The notes under the pieces are model-generated. The model ran no database searches, had not been told where the DNA came from, and saw only the letters and a list, made by a program, of their open reading frames with translations. Below are positions 47,701 through 57,188 of a stretch of DNA of 64,000 bases, in pieces (within the stretch, counting starts at the first letter, position 1; each line of letters begins with the position of its first letter). The position numbers and the translations under genes are program-made. This DNA comes from an uncultured Verrucomicrobiae bacterium (GTDB lineage: Bacteria > Verrucomicrobiota > Verrucomicrobiia > Chthoniobacterales > Chthoniobacteraceae): assembly GCA_963836755.1 (NCBI GenBank), contig CAWIKF010000003.1, positions 35,064 through 99,063 on the forward strand. Reading direction: 5' to 3'.

Positions 47701-47834
47701 ACTCGCAGCGCCTCCATTTTCGCATTTTCCGCAGCCTCGTGCCGCTGGCTTTCCGCATCATAAAGCAGCAGTCCGGTGATGGGCAGGAGCGCGAGCGCCA
47801 CCAGCAGCATCAGTCGAATCCGCAAACTCTGCAC
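44766..47834 (-). CDS. Sensor histidine kinase (dCache-HAMP-3xPAS-HisKA-HATPase)
   Basis: Two TM segments, HAMP (ELSQLADAFDEM), three PAS/PAC repeats, FAYVASHDMQEPLR, NAIKF, DNGIGI and GTGIGL. GTG start inferred. Confidence 0.92.
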   Translation of the reverse strand: MQSLRIRLMLLVALALLPITGLLLYDAESQRHEAAENAKMEALRVARLCASNNERLIESARQILVTLAQTPAVQERNREKCNALFAKIVQRFPLFANLGLLDADGNLLASGIAFDEPINLAQRSYFQRAIKARDFAVGDFQVGRITKIASLNVAFPLIGEDHHAFAVIYAALNLSWLSDIMQRMDLPARATMSAIDQDGTILARYPDANRWVGTSAAGAPIGEIILSAKNEGTAETEGIDGVRRLYAFTNLHLKQGLDRRVFISIGIPSDLAYHNANKMLVRQLWTMATFAIAALAASWFIADLLVLRRVNALVAAAREVTAGNLKARVRSNPRGGELSQLADAFDEMAASLEQRVAERDATASALKKSETLFRSLFEFSPTAIFVEDDSGRVIDANSAACKLHGLTSAELVGKNVSDLVPSDVKNDLERTFPLWIDGSLRLVESKSLRKDGTSVPVEIRGTRIDYDGKKAVLLHVTDISARREVEETLRHARETLEKNVAARTADLAETNAQLLSEIAQRKRIEAALRESTERFELVIRGTNDGVWDWNLATNETYFSRRWKTMLGYDYDEIGDKLEEWEKRVHPDDRVRARETIEAYFRGETPVYELEHRLLHKDGTYRWILARGVALRDENGKPYRMAGSHIDLTERREAEEKLRELHSFLHSIVENIPNMIFVKDARELRFVRLNKAGEDLLGVRREDFIGKKDSDFFPPEEAGFFTENDRAVLQNGEVVDIAEEEIRTRVKGLRFLHTKKIPIANSEGAPQYLLGISEDITEHKQAREELERTAAELKRSNEELEQFAYVASHDMQEPLRMVASYTQLLQRRYSDKLDATANEFIEFAVDGARRMQQFITDLLQYSRVGTQGHVLEHVELQEILAAVRINLKVAIEESGAQIDADPLPAVAGDKRQLTQLLQNLIGNAIKFRGAETPRVRVTAARENGMWRIGIADNGIGIESKFFERVFVIFQRLHSRDEYAGTGIGLAICKKIVDRHGGRIWIDSKKGEGTTFFFTLAAAPEISA

Positions 47835-47945
47835 GCAACGAACATGCGCCCGAAGCCGCAGACCGGTCAAAGCAAAGCTGCGCCCGCAGCTGCGGCCCTT
47901 AGATCGCTTGAATGAAAAATCGCCGCGAGTATGGTGACCCCGGCG

Positions 47946-48737
47946 ATGCATCCACAACCGATCAGCGAGCTAAAAGATACGCAGAACGAACGGGATGACC
48001 GCGCGATTGCGATTGACCGTGTCGGCGTCAAAAATCTGCGCTACCCGACGCAGATCCTCGACAAGGCGCATGAGACGCAAAGCACCATCGCGACCGTGTC
48101 GCTTACCGTGGATTTGCCGCATCATTATAAAGGGACGCACATGAGCCGCTTCATCGAGGTGCTCAACGAGCGCGGACCCGTTTTGCATGTGAATAACATC
48201 AAAAACATCGCGGAAGAGCTGCTGGAAAAGCTCGATTCGCAGAAGGCGCATGTCGATTTTGAATTTCCCTTTTTTCTAGAAAAAAGAGCCCCTGTCACTG
48301 GAGCCGTTGGACTTATGGATTACAACGTGCTCTTTAATGCGACCTTGCAGAAAAGTGAGTTCGACTTTGTGCTCACAGTCATTGTCCCGGTGACAACGCT
48401 CTGCCCTTGCTCAAAGGCGATCAGCACGGCCGGCGCTCACAACCAGCGCGGACAGGTCACTTACGCAGTTCGTTTCGTCAAACCAATCTGGATCGAGGAC
48501 CTAATCCAAATTGTCGAAAGCAGCGCGAGTTCGGAGCTTTACAGCCTGCTGAAACGCCCTGACGAAAAAGCCGTGACGGAACGCGCCTACGCCAATCCGG
48601 TGTTCGTGGAAGATTTGGTGCGCAACATCGCAGCGCGCTCGAACCTTGAGCCAAACATTACGTGGTATCGCGTCGAGGCGGAAAACTTTGAGTCGATTCA
48701 CAATCACAACGCGTATGCCTTGATTGAGAAAGGATAG
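47946..48737 (+). CDS. folE2: GTP cyclohydrolase IB
   Basis: KGTHMSRF, TTLCPCSKAIS, AHNQR, LLKRPDEK, FVEDLVR and ESIHNHNA motifs; alternative start at 47931. Confidence 0.95.
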   Translation: MHPQPISELKDTQNERDDRAIAIDRVGVKNLRYPTQILDKAHETQSTIATVSLTVDLPHHYKGTHMSRFIEVLNERGPVLHVNNIKNIAEELLEKLDSQKAHVDFEFPFFLEKRAPVTGAVGLMDYNVLFNATLQKSEFDFVLTVIVPVTTLCPCSKAISTAGAHNQRGQVTYAVRFVKPIWIEDLIQIVESSASSELYSLLKRPDEKAVTERAYANPVFVEDLVRNIAARSNLEPNITWYRVEAENFESIHNHNAYALIEKG

Positions 48738-48745
48738 CGCCGGAC

Positions 48746-49477
48746 GTGGTAATTTACCGCACGTTCGTCGGCTTCATCATCGGCTTTTGGCTGATCATGA
48801 TGGGCCTTCTGCTCAGGCTGCAAATCGCGCCGGATCAATCCTCGGTGCCGATCGTTCCCGTGGCTCATGTGTTGAAAGTTATCTTCGCGCACGGCGAACC
48901 GTCGTCGCTCAACATCACTACGGAAGGCCTGAACATCGGCGCGATTTCCCTACATCCGAAAAGCAGCGGCCCGGATGAACGCTCGATACAATTCGCCGGA
49001 AATCTTTGGCTGCGGATTCCATCGCTTGCCCGGCAGCGAATCATCTGGGACGGCAACGTGGAATTGAACCGCGGGCTCGCCATTCGCTCGGGCCAGCTGG
49101 ACGTGACTCTGCGCAATCCCGCGTGCAGCTTCGTTGTGCAGATAGATCAGGAAAAAAAATCTCTTCACTACGCCGTGAAGCAAGGCGCCATCACGGTGAC
49201 CGAATCCAATATTTCACTCGATAGCGATGGAGTGTCGCGCGCTTTCGGATCACTCGGACTCGACGCCGGCACACTCCTCGCCTTGACCAAAAACATGCCC
49301 GATTCCACGGCAATCGCCAAACAAACCGAGCGCTTTTTTCACGGCGAAAGGATCAACGTATTCCAGGTCAGCATTCGCGAAGGCGATACTGAGGTGGCGG
49401 ACATTTACGTCAGTCAACTCGGCCAGGTGCTGGAAGTCACAACGGCTTTCGGTTACGGAATGATGGCGCAGGATTAG
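48746..49477 (+). CDS. Hypothetical membrane-anchored beta-rich protein
   Basis: N-terminal TM helix; fills the gap between folE2 and the ABC ATPase, abutting the latter. Confidence 0.65.
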   Translation: MVIYRTFVGFIIGFWLIMMGLLLRLQIAPDQSSVPIVPVAHVLKVIFAHGEPSSLNITTEGLNIGAISLHPKSSGPDERSIQFAGNLWLRIPSLARQRIIWDGNVELNRGLAIRSGQLDVTLRNPACSFVVQIDQEKKSLHYAVKQGAITVTESNISLDSDGVSRAFGSLGLDAGTLLALTKNMPDSTAIAKQTERFFHGERINVFQVSIREGDTEVADIYVSQLGQVLEVTTAFGYGMMAQD

Positions 49478-50242
49478 ATGATCCAGACTGTTCAACTCTC
49501 AAAAAACTTCGGCGCATTGCGTGCGGTCGATTCTCTCAACCTCGACATCGCGCAGGGCGAATTTTTCGCGTTCCTCGGGCCGAATGCTGCCGGAAAAACG
49601 ACCACGATCCGAATGCTCTCCGGCCTGCTGCGTCCGACGGCTGGTCACTGCATCGTCGGCGGTTTCGACATTCAAAAATCGCCTGAGGCTGCGAAGCGCG
49701 CGCTCGCTTACGTGCCGGACTTTCCATTCCTTTACGACAAGCTCACCTGCGCGGAATTCATGCGTTTCATCGGCGAGCTTTTTGAAATCGACCGGCACGA
49801 GATCGAGCAGCGCACCGATGCGTTGTTCGAGAAGTTTGGCCTCATCGAAAGCCAGCATGAATTGACGGAAAACCTCAGCCACGGCACGCGCCAGCGTCTC
49901 GCGATTGCCTCCGCGCTGCTGCACGAGCCGAAGGTGCTGATCATCGACGAGCCGATGGTCGGGCTGGACCCGGCGCATGCACACACCGTTAAACAAGAAT
50001 TAAAAGACCGCAGCCGGCGAGGGACGACGATTTTTCTCTCCACTCACGCCCTTTCCGTGGCCGAGGAAATGGCCGATCGCATCGGCATTATTCATCACGG
50101 CCGGCTCGTCGCGCTCGGAACCGTAGATGAACTCCGGCGTCAATCTTCCGAATCCGGCGCGCTGGAAAAAGTTTTCCTCGCCATCGTCAACCCACGCAAT
50201 GCGGATCGCGATGCGGTGAAAAAAGCAGCCGTTTTAAACTAG
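49478..50242 (+). CDS. ABC transporter ATP-binding protein
   Basis: Walker A GPNAAGKT, signature LSHG, Walker B LIIDEP and STH motifs. Confidence 0.93.
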   Translation: MIQTVQLSKNFGALRAVDSLNLDIAQGEFFAFLGPNAAGKTTTIRMLSGLLRPTAGHCIVGGFDIQKSPEAAKRALAYVPDFPFLYDKLTCAEFMRFIGELFEIDRHEIEQRTDALFEKFGLIESQHELTENLSHGTRQRLAIASALLHEPKVLIIDEPMVGLDPAHAHTVKQELKDRSRRGTTIFLSTHALSVAEEMADRIGIIHHGRLVALGTVDELRRQSSESGALEKVFLAIVNPRNADRDAVKKAAVLN

Positions 50243-52086
50243 AGACGCGGCGCCGTTCTTATCGCGTGCGAGGCCAGCGCGAGCAAAGTTGCTTCGATCA
50301 AAAGCAGCGGCGCGAGACTCCAGCGGCTGTGCGGAAACAAAAACTCGCCCACATTGAATGAAGCCCAGCGCGCAGCCTTCGTCATCGTGCCAAGCATGTA
50401 ATAACCGGAGGCACAAACCTCGATCGGATTGACTGAAACCGGACCGGTGAACGATGCGAGTAAAAAAGGGTTAGCACCTCCGCGGTCGATGCTCGCGAAA
50501 AGCTCGGAACGCCTTTGCGCGAGTCGGCGCGCGCGCTCATCAGCGCCAATGCCTGCCGCCGACATTTGCTGACTCTCCCTGTCTAAATCCTGCTTGAGAA
50601 AGTCTTTCAAAAGCGGCCATGCGCGGCCGCTGAAAAAAATCGGCAATGCGTAGTCAGCCACGGGACTGTAGAGCCACATCGGACGGCCATCGATGATCGC
50701 CAGGTCGCCGACGCCCACGGGAGATTCCGCGTCCACCGCGACTAGAACGAGATTGATCGCGACTGAAAGAAGCATTAACAGCGCGCTTGCTCGTGGGAAT
50801 TTCGCGAACCCAAAGACCATCGGCAGCGCGAGAAACGGGATTGCCGGAATCAAGTAGCGGGGCCCACTGGAAAAGCCGGCGTGCCAGCCGACGAAGCTGG
50901 CATTGACGAGGAAAAACAAGCCACACATTGCCGCGATGAGCCAGGCTTCTGCGGGCCATTTCGCACGCATTTTACTCCAACCGTAAACGCCGAGCAAAAG
51001 AACTGGCGCGAAACAAAAGATCCCTCGAAACGGTGAAAACAAAAGAGCTGCTGCGTAATCCGGCCGCGGAACGCCGAACATGCCGAGAACTTTCGGCGTC
51101 GGGTCCACGAAGAGCGGATTCTGGAAGGAATTGCAGATCGCGAAAGGCGAGCCGTAGCAGATTTGGTTGTAGGCGCAGATGAGGAGAAACGGGCCGCAAA
51201 TACCGATGGCGAATGCGGTCAAATCGCGCACCGTCGATTTGCCGCCGCGCAGTTTCGTGAACAAATACATCGTCAAAAAGATGACGGCGGCAGCTGCGAT
51301 GTAATTGGTAATCGCAGCCATACCCGCCGCGAGCCCGCTCAAATAAAGGCTTCGCGACCGATGCGAACTTTTATCCGCAGTGAATATCCAGTAAAATGAT
51401 GCGAAGAGAAATATCGCCGTCAGGTCATGATCGAAGAGGAGCGTCGCGAATGGAAAAAACAACGTGCCGAACGCAAACGCCAGCGTGGCCGCAAACGCGA
51501 TGCCGTCATTTCCACCGGCCAAACTCTTCGCGATCCGAAAAAACAGAATGCAACCGAGCGCCGCAATGAGTCCGACGCTAAACACAGAAGTGAGCCATGC
51601 GTTCGCATCCAGCACGCGCCAGTCATCCTGGCTAAATCCGAAAACTCGCTCGATTTTTTGCAGCAAAAAATAGGCGGGCACGGCGACGAATGTGGTGCCG
51701 GGCGGCTTGTTCGGATGAAAGTGTCCGCGTGCAAATGCGACGTCGCCGGAGCAGGTGTATTGCTCGAATGGAACGCCTTTGACGTCATCCGAAATCGGGA
51801 CGCCGTTGATCGGGATCAGCTCGTCGTTTTCATTGCCCCAGCATAGGCGCAAGGTTTTTCCGCGGAGGACGAGGTCGCCATTGCGCACCGGGAATCGCGC
51901 GAATTTCGGAGTGTTGGTGCGCTTGTAAACGAGGAAGGAATCAATCGCAAATCTCCCTTCCTCGGCTATCGCGCGCACCTCGGCAAAGCGCGAGTTTTGA
52001 TTCCATCCGCCGCCTTGATTGAAGTAGGCAAACGCGAAAAAGGTCGCGAGAAAGATCAGGATTTCGAGACGGCGGGCGCGGAGCAC
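50239..52086 (-). CDS. Polytopic membrane protein, GT-C glycosyltransferase-like
   Basis: NKPPG, LFSPFRGIF and W.AGFSSGPRYLIP motifs; many TM helices. Confidence 0.6.
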   Translation of the reverse strand: MLRARRLEILIFLATFFAFAYFNQGGGWNQNSRFAEVRAIAEEGRFAIDSFLVYKRTNTPKFARFPVRNGDLVLRGKTLRLCWGNENDELIPINGVPISDDVKGVPFEQYTCSGDVAFARGHFHPNKPPGTTFVAVPAYFLLQKIERVFGFSQDDWRVLDANAWLTSVFSVGLIAALGCILFFRIAKSLAGGNDGIAFAATLAFAFGTLFFPFATLLFDHDLTAIFLFASFYWIFTADKSSHRSRSLYLSGLAAGMAAITNYIAAAAVIFLTMYLFTKLRGGKSTVRDLTAFAIGICGPFLLICAYNQICYGSPFAICNSFQNPLFVDPTPKVLGMFGVPRPDYAAALLFSPFRGIFCFAPVLLLGVYGWSKMRAKWPAEAWLIAAMCGLFFLVNASFVGWHAGFSSGPRYLIPAIPFLALPMVFGFAKFPRASALLMLLSVAINLVLVAVDAESPVGVGDLAIIDGRPMWLYSPVADYALPIFFSGRAWPLLKDFLKQDLDRESQQMSAAGIGADERARRLAQRRSELFASIDRGGANPFLLASFTGPVSVNPIEVCASGYYMLGTMTKAARWASFNVGEFLFPHSRWSLAPLLLIEATLLALASHAIRTAPRL

Positions 52087-52382
52087 GCTGCGGACTTTAT
52101 TCGTCGCCGCCAGCGTTCGTCGATTTTCTTCCGAGACTTAGCGTCCGACGGAGTCGCGGGTGCGGCGCTTGAGTTCCCACAAGCGCAGAGCGGCGAGCAG
52201 CAGCCGAGTGTTCGGCATGTTGCTTGCGCGCCGCCGCCGCGGCGGATTCTGATTTTCGCGGTTCGCTTTCACGAAAGTCTGAGAGAGCAGCTTGCATTCC
52301 CGCAAAAAAAGCGCTGCGCAATTCCTCGGGTGGGAACGCAACTTGCTAAAACGATGTCCGCAGCTTTGCGAAAATCACGCCC

Positions 52383-53483
52383 ATGAAACGAATCCTCATC
52401 CTCGTCGACGATCAGTTGATCGCGAATTTTTACCGCGAGAAATTTACCGCCATCGGTATCGCGGTTGAGACCGTGCGCACAGGCGACGCAGCACGGCAGG
52501 CAATGGACAAATCGCCGGATCTCGTCCTGCTCGATCCCGTGCTGCAGCCCGGCAGTGGCTTGCAGACGGTCGAATGGCTGCGGAATGCGCTGGGCGACAG
52601 GCCGCTCATTATTTTCACAGGCGCGCCGGCCCCAGTGCTTTCCGCAATGATGAAGTCGGGTGTGACAAAAATTTTACCGCGCGCGGAGATGCACGCGCAG
52701 TCGGTAGTGCACGCAGTGCAGGCGGAGCTTGGGCTTGCGGGCGAACCGGCTGTGTTCAGCAGCGATGATCAGGAAGTGTGGGCAAAGTCGGCTCTCGCGA
52801 TCGCGCCGGAAGCGATCAATGCGATGCGGATGTCCATGCACGCCTTTATCAAGGAGCCTCAAAACGCGGATCTGCTTTTCGATCTTTTTCGCCAGGTGCA
52901 TCTCATTTCCGAGCGCGCCTCGGTGGTCGGTTTGAACGCCGTCTATAAATGGACCGCGGCAGTCGAGGCGTTCGTATACGATCTTTACGCGATGCCCGAG
53001 CAAGTGAATCCGTCGGTGATTCGCACCGTCAGCCAATCGATCGATTTCCTCGGCACGATTTTGCAGGAGAGCAACGTGCGCCGCGTGCATGATCCGGCGA
53101 CGGCGGACGTGCTGGTGGTCGATGATGAAAGCGATGCGCGCAAGCTGATCTCGGACGCGATGGCCATGGTAAATTTAAAAATCACCTGCGCCGCCGAAGC
53201 CGAGATGGCGCTCTCGGTGCTCGAGGACAATGCGTTCAACCTCATCTTTCTCGACATCAATCTGCCGCAGACTTCCGGCTTCGATATCTGCGCGCAAGTT
53301 CGCCGTTTTGACGATCATAAGAAGACTCCAATCGTTTTTCTGACCGGTCTCGCGTCTTTTCAAAATCGCGCGCAATCAACCTTGAGCGGAGGGAATGATT
53401 TCATCGGAAAGCCTTTCAATGTGCTGGAACTCGGCGTGAAGGCGCTGACGTGGATTTTTAAAAATCAGCTTGCGTTAGTCTAA
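52383..53483 (+). CDS. Response regulator with REC-(Hpt-like)-REC architecture
   Basis: Degenerate N-terminal REC, helical middle region with FRQVH, canonical C-terminal REC (VVDDE, FLDINLP, FLTG, IGKP). Confidence 0.8.
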   Translation: MKRILILVDDQLIANFYREKFTAIGIAVETVRTGDAARQAMDKSPDLVLLDPVLQPGSGLQTVEWLRNALGDRPLIIFTGAPAPVLSAMMKSGVTKILPRAEMHAQSVVHAVQAELGLAGEPAVFSSDDQEVWAKSALAIAPEAINAMRMSMHAFIKEPQNADLLFDLFRQVHLISERASVVGLNAVYKWTAAVEAFVYDLYAMPEQVNPSVIRTVSQSIDFLGTILQESNVRRVHDPATADVLVVDDESDARKLISDAMAMVNLKITCAAEAEMALSVLEDNAFNLIFLDINLPQTSGFDICAQVRRFDDHKKTPIVFLTGLASFQNRAQSTLSGGNDFIGKPFNVLELGVKALTWIFKNQLALV

Positions 53484-53506
53484 CGCCACGTTGTGGCCAT
53501 CATCCG

Positions 53507-55261
53507 TTAAACGCCCGTTCTTTTGGAATAAAAGTTAGGCGGCGGCGAGTATGGAAAAATTCGTCGCATCACGGTGTATGCGATCAGGAACACCGTCGAT
53601 GCCCATAGCAAAATGCCCCATCGCAGCGGCTTTTGCGCAAGTGTCGTAAGTGGAATCAGCTGCGACGGCGTTGAATGCAGCCCCTGCGCGTCAACCGATG
53701 CGATTCGGAGGAGATAATGTTCGCCGGGACGGAGCCCGGTCAAAACAGCCGAAACTTGTTTGCCGTCCCGTTTGAAGTTGATGCCTTGCATTGTGAGCCA
53801 GTCGACTTTCAGCTCGTCATTTTGGTCGAACGAAAGCCGCTGCATTTCGACCACATACTTCAGCGGAGCGTCAGCCGGTGCCGTCCAACGGAGCGTCGCG
53901 GAACCAGTGGTGATGGCATCCACGGAGAATTTTCGGACCGGCGCAACTGCGGAAAAAGTTTCTGGCGGCGATTGCTCTTCGGCATCCGCCACGGCCACGA
54001 CGCCAGCTTGATACGAAGGTCGCGCCTGCGCAGCTGCGCCTTCCGCACGCACCTGAACCTCTGCATGCGCGTCTCCTGAGTTAAAAGTCAGCGCAGCGCG
54101 CAATGTCCCGCTCTCCGGAATTTTCGACGTTAGATGCACCGCTCGTTTTTGTCCGGGATCGAGACTGAAAGCCGCGTCATCCTTTGCGATTTCGAAAGGC
54201 TGGCTTACCGCCGCCTGCACGAAGGCGCGTGTGCCGCCAATGTTTTGCACGTCCGCCGTCGCATGCACCACTTCGTCGGCCGCCGCTTTTGGAAAGATCA
54301 CTTCCGCCGGAGCGGCCTGCAAGATCGGGCCGGCTGCCGCGGCTTGCACGTCGATTGACGCTGAAAATGTGCCACAAACAAACGACAGCTTTCCGTTAAA
54401 CGCGGACACGTCGTCCGTGATTTCGATTGGCAGCGAAACTTTTTCCCGCGGCGGCACATTGATTTTTGACGACACGTGAAGACGCGCGTCCGCGCTGGTC
54501 TCGACTGCTTCCGCGGCATCCGTGCGATTTTCCAGCTCGGCCGCTCCAGAACGTGTCGTCCCGTCTTTTGACGCATGCAAAATCAGCGTCGCCGGGCTCA
54601 CATGCATTGGAAAACTGCCGAGCCCGTGAAGCGATGTGATGAGCTCGGAATTGCTGCTGTAGCGCAGATCGCCGCGGTATTCCCGCTCCTCTTTCGGCGC
54701 GAAAACGAGCGTGAACTTCGCGCCTTCCTTGCGATCGAGCACATATTTCGCATCGCCGCGCACCGTCCAGTTTTCCGGTGGGATCAAAGTTCCCGTCGCG
54801 ATTCCGCCGCCACGATTTTCGATCGTGATCTCGTGCTCTGCCGTGCCGCCCGGCGCGGCCGTTTTGAAGTCGACGGCTTCCGGTGCGATGAGCAACGGAG
54901 CATCGTCGACGATTTTTATTTCCACCTCGGCCGGCACCGAAACTCCCGCATTGGACTGCACGGCAAATGTGAAGTGGTCAAGCAACGGCGCAGCCTTTCC
55001 GTCGTGTTGATAAGTGACGACCGCCGTTTCAAGGTTCAGGCTTTTCGGATCCGACAAGCTTCCGAGCGCGGGCCGGCTTCGGAGCTTGAATCGCAACTGC
55101 TGATTCGCCCTCCCATACGCCCGCAGCGTGATCTCAACGCTCGCGCCACGCCTCACCGTCACGCTCAGCGGCATCGCTTGCGGCGGCGCGCCCGGTGGCG
55201 CATTGATCTCCGCCGCCGCCGAAGCGGCGAGCAACAAGACCAGAAGGATGGGAAGGCGCAT
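53507..55261 (-). CDS. Surface protein with multiple Ig-like domains, an Fn3 domain and a C-terminal TM anchor
   Basis: Signal peptide; repeated I.N.G Ig-like motifs; ATLRWTAP...LTGLRPGEHY (Fn3); hydrophobic C-terminus followed by RR. Confidence 0.7.
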   Translation of the reverse strand: MRLPILLVLLLAASAAAEINAPPGAPPQAMPLSVTVRRGASVEITLRAYGRANQQLRFKLRSRPALGSLSDPKSLNLETAVVTYQHDGKAAPLLDHFTFAVQSNAGVSVPAEVEIKIVDDAPLLIAPEAVDFKTAAPGGTAEHEITIENRGGGIATGTLIPPENWTVRGDAKYVLDRKEGAKFTLVFAPKEEREYRGDLRYSSNSELITSLHGLGSFPMHVSPATLILHASKDGTTRSGAAELENRTDAAEAVETSADARLHVSSKINVPPREKVSLPIEITDDVSAFNGKLSFVCGTFSASIDVQAAAAGPILQAAPAEVIFPKAAADEVVHATADVQNIGGTRAFVQAAVSQPFEIAKDDAAFSLDPGQKRAVHLTSKIPESGTLRAALTFNSGDAHAEVQVRAEGAAAQARPSYQAGVVAVADAEEQSPPETFSAVAPVRKFSVDAITTGSATLRWTAPADAPLKYVVEMQRLSFDQNDELKVDWLTMQGINFKRDGKQVSAVLTGLRPGEHYLLRIASVDAQGLHSTPSQLIPLTTLAQKPLRWGILLWASTVFLIAYTVMRRIFPYSPPPNFYSKRTGV

Positions 55262-55295
55262 GGTTAGTAGCGCGCGGCGGCGCGGCACCATTTAA

Positions 55296-55949
55296 ATGAT
55301 TGCCCGGCCAGCGAGCACTCTTTATGTAACTGCGTCGCTCCCGATGAGATTGGCCACATGTCGCGCATTTAAATTTCTCGCTGCGACTTTGGCAATCCTC
55401 ACCCTCACGCTCGCCGCCAACGCACAGGTTCCGGTCAAAAGACCGATGCGCAAAGCCGGCGAAATGATTTCGCGCCAGGAAAATCCAAAGGTCACGCCGC
55501 GAGTTTACGATCTCCTCACGCCAGACAATTCCCACGTGCTTATCTCGCTCTCACACCAACGCGCCTATCTGATGCTCGGCGACGAGATCGCGATCGATTC
55601 CCCAATTTCCTCAGGCAAATCGACGCGTCCGACGCCCGCCGGAAAATTTACCGTGCTCGAAAAAGATCCCGATCATCGGTCGAGCATCTACGGCGCATTT
55701 TGCGATTCCCAGCGCCGCATCGTGCGCGACGGCGTCAGCGCGCTGATCGACTCCGCGCCGAGCGGCACACATTTCATTGGCGCGCCCATGAAATGGTTCA
55801 TGCGCCTCACCGACAAAGGCGTGGGCATGCACGTTGGCATTCTGCCTGGCTATCCCGCGTCGCATGGTTGCGTGAGGCTTCCGGAAAAAATCGCGGAAAT
55901 GATTTACGCCAAGGTTAAAATCGGCACGCCGGTTGAGATCACGCAATAG
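55296..55949 (+). CDS. L,D-transpeptidase (YkuD family)
   Basis: SPISSGK..PTP.G.F and GMH.G.LPGYPASHGCVRL motifs; true start may be downstream. Confidence 0.9.
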   Translation: MIARPASTLYVTASLPMRLATCRAFKFLAATLAILTLTLAANAQVPVKRPMRKAGEMISRQENPKVTPRVYDLLTPDNSHVLISLSHQRAYLMLGDEIAIDSPISSGKSTRPTPAGKFTVLEKDPDHRSSIYGAFCDSQRRIVRDGVSALIDSAPSGTHFIGAPMKWFMRLTDKGVGMHVGILPGYPASHGCVRLPEKIAEMIYAKVKIGTPVEITQ

Positions 55950-55958
55950 ACGCGCCGT

Positions 55959-57188
55959 TTACGTTTCGTTTAGCGTTCGTCGCAACAAATCAAGCGCTGC
56001 TTGCGACGCCAGCCATTTAAAATTTTCCCGATCAGTCGGAAAAAAATGCTGCTCGACCTTCGTCTGGAATCGCCCCGCAAGGCCGATGAATACAGTGCCG
56101 ACAGGCTTTTGCTCCGTTCCTCCGCCGGGCCCGGCGATACCGGTGCTCGATAACGCGAAGTCCGCACCCGCGATGTTCAACGCACCTTCCGCCATCGCTG
56201 CGGCGACCTCGCGGCTGACCGCCCCGTGCTGTGCGAGCAAAGTTTCATCCACGCGCAGCGTCCGCACTTTTGCCTCATTCGCGTAGGTCACAAACCCGGC
56301 GACAAAGATTTCAGAAGCACCGGGAACATTCGTCAACCGGTGCGCGATAAAACCGCCCGTGCAAGATTCTGCGACCGCAACCTTCGCACAACGCTGCTTT
56401 AAACTTTCGACAACGACCTGTTCGAGGCAGGAATTGTCACGTGAAGCAACTTGAAGCGGCAACTTTGCCGCCACGATTTCTTCAACTCGCGCAAGCATCG
56501 CCGCTGTGCCGATGCAGCGAACCTCGACTTCACCTGGTCGCGCGCAATAGCCGAGCTCGATGCCGTCGATCGCCAAAATCTCCGCACCAACAAGCGCTTC
56601 CACATTCGATTCACCCATTCCGACCACGCGATAGGTGCGGCATTCGACCACCTCGCCGCGCGGTGCAAGTTCCCGAATGATCGGGAGCACGCTGTCGCGA
56701 AACATTGGCTTCAACTCGCGCGGCGGACCGGGCAAGAGAAAAAGATGCGGCGTTCCATTTTCCGCGGATCGGCTTAGATAAAGACCCGGTGCGGTTCCGT
56801 GGAGGTTGGGCAAAACTTTCGCGCCAGACGGAATCTGCGCCTGCCGTGAAACCCGGTCGGTCATCACGATCCGCCGACGCTCAAAACGCTCCGCGATCGC
56901 TCGTTTCACATCCGCATCTTCCCGCATTTCCAGACCCAGCAGCTCGGCCGTGATTTCTCTCGTGACGTCGTCCGTTGTCGGCCCGAGTCCGCCGGTGACA
57001 AAAACCAGATCCGCGCGCGGAAATGATTCCGCCAGCGCGTCGCGGATTGCAGTGCCATCGGGCACGGTGACCTGCCGCGCAATCCGCAGGTGGACCGGGA
57101 ACAATTCCCGCGCAAAAAAAGTGAGGTGAGAATTGACGGTGTTCCCGAGAAGAATCTCAGTGCCCGTGTTGATGACTTCGACGCGCAC
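55959..57188 (-). CDS. cinA: Competence/damage-inducible protein A (MocF-like plus PncC domains)
   Basis: GTEILLG, TGGLGPTTDDVT, LPGPPRE, AESCTGG and TGIAGPGGG motifs. Confidence 0.93.
   Translation of the reverse strand: MRVEVINTGTEILLGNTVNSHLTFFARELFPVHLRIARQVTVPDGTAIRDALAESFPRADLVFVTGGLGPTTDDVTREITAELLGLEMREDADVKRAIAERFERRRIVMTDRVSRQAQIPSGAKVLPNLHGTAPGLYLSRSAENGTPHLFLLPGPPRELKPMFRDSVLPIIRELAPRGEVVECRTYRVVGMGESNVEALVGAEILAIDGIELGYCARPGEVEVRCIGTAAMLARVEEIVAAKLPLQVASRDNSCLEQVVVESLKQRCAKVAVAESCTGGFIAHRLTNVPGASEIFVAGFVTYANEAKVRTLRVDETLLAQHGAVSREVAAAMAEGALNIAGADFALSSTGIAGPGGGTEQKPVGTVFIGLAGRFQTKVEQHFFPTDRENFKWLASQAALDLLRRTLNET

Noticed and set aside
52097..52341. Small ORFs, one ending GGDE, as a Pup-like modifier or leader peptide
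   Set aside because: The ending is not GGE/GGQ, it lies about 50 kb from the ligase, and it overlaps probable divergent promoters.
53507..53660. PEP-CTERM/exosortase sorting signal on the Ig/Fn3 protein
   Set aside because: A TM helix and basic residues are present, but there is no PEP motif.
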